Below are positions 60,620-64,000 of a stretch of 64,000 nt of DNA, in pieces (the stretch's first letter is position 1; each line of letters starts with the position of its first letter). The notes under the pieces are model-generated. The model was given only the letters and a program-made list of their open reading frames with translations. It made no database searches and had not been told where the DNA came from. Source of the stretch: an uncultured Verrucomicrobiae bacterium (lineage in GTDB: Bacteria > Chlamydiota > Chlamydiia > Chlamydiales > Rhabdochlamydiaceae); contig OY970364.1 in NCBI GenBank assembly GCA_963718565.1, positions 1,856,001 through 1,920,000 on the forward strand. The letters are read 5' to 3'. Made by a program: the position numbers and the translations under genes.

Positions 60620-60763
60620 TTTATTTTTTAGGATAACATAAAGAATTTTTTTTAATCCTGTGTTGGAGCGAAATCGAGTTTTATTTTTTTTGACTAAAAA
60701 TATTTAAGCTGCTGGATGACAGCTTGTTACAGCAGGATTTTGAGATAAAAAAAAAGAAAGAAG

Positions 60764-62434
60764 TTGAATAGAATAAAACTTTTTTACTATATGAACCAAC
60801 TTTATTTGGAGAAAAGGATGGCGTTCCCCTTTCTATTCACGATGGGCCTTTGTGCCCTTTCTCATCTTGCAAAAGCGCAAGCATTACAAATGACAGATCT
60901 TCTGCCAATGGAGGAAAGAGTGGAAATCGGGCATCTTTCCAATGGTGTGAAGACTTATATCCAAGAGCATGGCATCCCGCCTCATTGCGGCTCGTTCCGG
61001 GTCGTACTCAAGAAGGCTTCCTCAGAAGAGGAGCTCTTTTGTTATGATGGATCCATCGACTCCTTGGACTTTGTCGATGAGTTTTTCCATTATTGCAAAG
61101 AAACGGTCTCCGTAGATTCTATAGACCTGCCTGAGCTGAAGGGGACAGTTTTTCCTCAAGAGATCGCTGTTGTTGCCGTAGGAGATTTTCCGACAATAGA
61201 CATGCAAAGTTTGATCGAAAAGCATTTTGGTGGCTTGCAGTTAGCCTATTCCACTTTTGTTCCTGAAGACCCTATCCGGATCGGTGTCGATCCTAAGATA
61301 TCCAAGATTGCATTAAGCCTATCTTATCCTAATGCCTGCCAACCGATTCGAACCTACGCCGATTTGAAAGAAGCTTGGAAGGTTTTGCTGCTGCAGGATC
61401 TTTTCCAACAACGTCTCGAGCACTGTGCAAGGGGACTTGAAAAAGTTTGGGTCCACCCTCATCCACGCTTTCTTTATCCTGTGAATGGCTATTCTCTTGT
61501 CTCTCATGAAGATTGCGAAAATCTGCTTACTTTTTTTCTTTGGCAGGTCGAGGCGATCCGCTCGGATGGCTTTTATAACAATGAATTTAATATGACCAAG
61601 AAGAAACTGCTCGATCAATTGCAATACCTCGCCTCGAGATCCGCCTTGCCCGATGATGCCTTTTTAGCATCCTATTTTGCCGATCAATTTTTGTTGGGCG
61701 GATGCTGTTTTTCCCTGCAATCTTTCATGGACGCTTCCGTGCAGCTTGTCGAAGAAATTAAAATAGAAGATCTTTTCCCACAGATTGATTCTTTCCTCCT
61801 CGAAAAAAATCGTTCTATCCAGCTCGCTTATCCAGCACCGGTTCATGCAGAGCAGTTCACGAAAGAGGATATCGAAAAGATGATTGAACTCGTCGCTTTA
61901 TCGACACCATCCCATCGTGACAGCGAAATTCCCGAAGAGGGTATTGGGATATTCGATGGCGCAAATGAGGATGCATCTGAAGAGTTTCCACTAGCCGAAA
62001 GCTATCTGCTTCCAGTTTATGCTGAGGGTGCAACCGAGCCTTTTTATCAATTGCCAATGACTGAAAAAGAAAAACGGCTTATCCATATCATTATTACGAC
62101 GGTCGCAGAAAAAAACATCCTCCAGCTTGCCTTTATTAAACGTTCCATGGAAAAAAAGGGAAGAAAGATTGACCGTGTCCACCCCTTACGATTTATGGGA
62201 CATATTCTCTCTAACTCTGAATTGAGAAGCTGTCTTCGCTCCATCAAAAAAAGCAGCTTTAAGTGGGATGCTTTTATCGATGGTTTTTCGAGAAGGATGA
62301 AGGAGGAATATGCCAACAATAACGTTTATGCCCATGTCCCAGGATTTTGTCACCAAATCGGAGGCAATCCGGAAGTCGTCACTCGCTACATTCAAAGGAA
62401 AGATTGGGAGGGCATTGTCCGAGAGCATTTGTGA
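60764..62434 (+). CDS. Degenerate M16 (insulinase/PqqL-like) protein with an extra basic C-terminal domain
   Basis: GHLSNGVKTYI and VVAVGDF...LIEKHFG are present but no HxxEH; the true start may be downstream (about 60818). Confidence 0.6.
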   Translation: MNRIKLFYYMNQLYLEKRMAFPFLFTMGLCALSHLAKAQALQMTDLLPMEERVEIGHLSNGVKTYIQEHGIPPHCGSFRVVLKKASSEEELFCYDGSIDSLDFVDEFFHYCKETVSVDSIDLPELKGTVFPQEIAVVAVGDFPTIDMQSLIEKHFGGLQLAYSTFVPEDPIRIGVDPKISKIALSLSYPNACQPIRTYADLKEAWKVLLLQDLFQQRLEHCARGLEKVWVHPHPRFLYPVNGYSLVSHEDCENLLTFFLWQVEAIRSDGFYNNEFNMTKKKLLDQLQYLASRSALPDDAFLASYFADQFLLGGCCFSLQSFMDASVQLVEEIKIEDLFPQIDSFLLEKNRSIQLAYPAPVHAEQFTKEDIEKMIELVALSTPSHRDSEIPEEGIGIFDGANEDASEEFPLAESYLLPVYAEGATEPFYQLPMTEKEKRLIHIIITTVAEKNILQLAFIKRSMEKKGRKIDRVHPLRFMGHILSNSELRSCLRSIKKSSFKWDAFIDGFSRRMKEEYANNNVYAHVPGFCHQIGGNPEVVTRYIQRKDWEGIVREHL

Positions 62435-62445
62435 CCTGAGCTTTA

Positions 62446-62581
62446 GAGGGAATTGCAAAACTCCTCGCCAGCAGAAAATCGATGATTTTGGCACCTGTTG
62501 CCAGAACCCGCATAGCGGGTTCGGTTGGCGGCAGGTGCCAAAAGCGCGATTTTATGCGGCAAGGAGTTTTGCAATTCCCTC
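62446..62581. mobile_element. 136-bp GAGGG-family palindromic element
   Basis: Terminal inverted repeats as in the 25167 copy, opposite orientation; TTTA duplicated at 62442-62445 and 62582-62585. Confidence 0.92.
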
Positions 62582-62639
62582 TTTAGGTTTGTAATTTGGC
62601 TATTGAAAAGATTTTCCTCTTACCTCATAAGACCTTCTA

Positions 62640-62809
62640 TATCGAAACAACATGAAGAATCGGGATTTTGGCAAAGCTGGCGCCCAGAGTTTGAACCAGC
62701 GAAGCGGCGGCGAAGCAGCACAGCTTGAACAAGTTGTGCGGGTGCCAGACGGGTTCAAATCTGGGATGTCCAGCGCAGCCAAAAACCGATTCTTCATGTT
62801 GTTTCGGTA
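62640..62809. mobile_element. 170-bp palindromic MITE-like element
   Basis: TATCGAAACAACATGAAGAATCGG ... CCGATTCTTCATGTTGTTTCGGTA, flanked by TA/TG. Confidence 0.85.
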
Positions 62810-62856
62810 TGTAAGGGAAGGATGCTGGTTTTAGCTAGATGAGTAGTAAGAGGGAA

Positions 62857-64000
62857 ATGCCGGAAGTTCCGCGTACGCCGATAAACTATCTTTTTTTCGG
62901 CTTTTATTTTGCAATTATTGCCATTATCCATGTTTTTCATGTCTTTTTAATTGAATCCGTCACTTCATTATCCACATATTTTTTTGTCGCATACGCATTT
63001 GCTGAGTGCGCAATAGAAACATTGGGATTGATACTGATCGCTGAAATTGTCATGAACCATTTTCCCAGGCTTAAGAATTTATTTGTCCTTATTTTCTTTT
63101 TCCTATTCATCAGCCATCTCATCGACTTTCCTCTTGTTCGTCTGATGGACATGACTTTTTGGTATTCCCTAAATTTCATCACTCAGATGAGCTATTCCAA
63201 TTTTTTTGAGCTTTTAGTAGCGAGCAATGTTTCCATTTTAGTTTGGGTGATTGCAGGCTTGATGGGGATCTCTTTGCTTTTGTCAGGACTGTTTTTATAT
63301 CGCATTACAGAGAAGTGGGCAATGCGACGTGCACTTTTCGCCTCCATTCCCGTATTAAGCGGATCTCTTTGCACGATTTGTTTGCTCTTATTGGGCTGGG
63401 ACTACAGCATCAGAGAACGGGTTTCTAGAACGAATTTCGATCGCTTTCAAAAAACACTGCCCTGGAAATGCACTTTTATTCCGCATCGGGTCGATTATTT
63501 GTCTTTAAAGACGACTTTACAAGAGCCTCAAGGAGAAGAGGAGTTGATGCGAAGTCTTGACTCAAGAGTATTTTCACTCGTACGCAAACCTGATATTTAT
63601 TTGTTTATCGTTGAGTCGCTAAGAGAAGATTACATCACAGCAGAAATTACCCCGCATTTGACTTGTTTTAAAAAAGATTACACTTCGTTTGATCTCGCGC
63701 TTTCCAATGCCAACGCGACGCACATTTCTTGGTTTTCCTTGTTCTACTCGCAGTTTCCTTTCTTTTGGGGAAGGGTAGATCCTGAAGAGATAAAAGGCGG
63801 AAGCGTCCCTCTGCAACTGCTTAAAAAGATGGGATATAAGGTTTACGTTTCCTCTTCTGCCCGCTTAGCTTATTTTCATATGAATCGTGTCATTTTCGGC
63901 GAGGGAGAACACTTGGCAGATGCCTTATTCTTGCCCGATGACGAAGATTGCGATGAACCTTACGAACGGGATCAAAAGGCCATTGATCATCTTCTTGTCG
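62857..64000 (+). CDS. Membrane-anchored sulfatase-like hydrolase/transferase (YejM/LtaS-like), partial, runs off the right edge
   Basis: Not in the ORF track. Manual translation gives several TM segments, then KPDIYLFIVESLRED and SNANATHISWFSLF in the same frame. Confidence 0.75.
   Translation, partial: MPEVPRTPINYLFFGFYFAIIAIIHVFHVFLIESVTSLSTYFFVAYAFAECAIETLGLILIAEIVMNHFPRLKNLFVLIFFFLFISHLIDFPLVRLMDMTFWYSLNFITQMSYSNFFELLVASNVSILVWVIAGLMGISLLLSGLFLYRITEKWAMRRALFASIPVLSGSLCTICLLLLGWDYSIRERVSRTNFDRFQKTLPWKCTFIPHRVDYLSLKTTLQEPQGEEELMRSLDSRVFSLVRKPDIYLFIVESLREDYITAEITPHLTCFKKDYTSFDLALSNANATHISWFSLFYSQFPFFWGRVDPEEIKGGSVPLQLLKKMGYKVYVSSSARLAYFHMNRVIFGEGEHLADALFLPDDEDCDEPYERDQKAIDHLLV

Overview
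The window looks like chromosome from an environmental member of the Chlamydiota. This is inferred from gene content and order (rpoN, uvrD, namZ/ybbC, groES-groEL, ahpC and chlamydia-type hypothetical proteins); no database search was run. 1-24115 is a large surface-polysaccharide/unusual-sugar cluster: two TIGR04372-like glycosyltransferases, a split transketolase, an SIS isomerase, an RfaE-like enzyme, methyltransferases and a 2OG-Fe(II) dioxygenase. It is interrupted by IS607 and IS66-like remnants and a GT2/flippase-like/membrane-protein module. 24140-27509 holds three tandem exported DXD glycosyltransferases. rpoN, a frameshifted GT9, an 891-aa protein with two HEPN-like domains and uvrD follow. 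36018-44950 is a signal-peptide RHS toxin with a lipase-like tip, followed by five tandem putative immunity genes. Each of the five is a different combination of three two-allele blocks, and copies 2-5 are each preceded by a diverged copy of the toxin tail. The rest of the window has an orphan TpsB, an inverse-autotransporter-like protein, putA, namZ, CIRCE-groES-groEL, tRNA-Arg(ACG), an MBL hydrolase, ahpC and a truncated sulfatase-like gene. Several families of palindromic MITE-like elements are scattered throughout. One family (GAGGG...CCCTC ends, 4-bp target duplication) lies in frame in the export signals of two genes.
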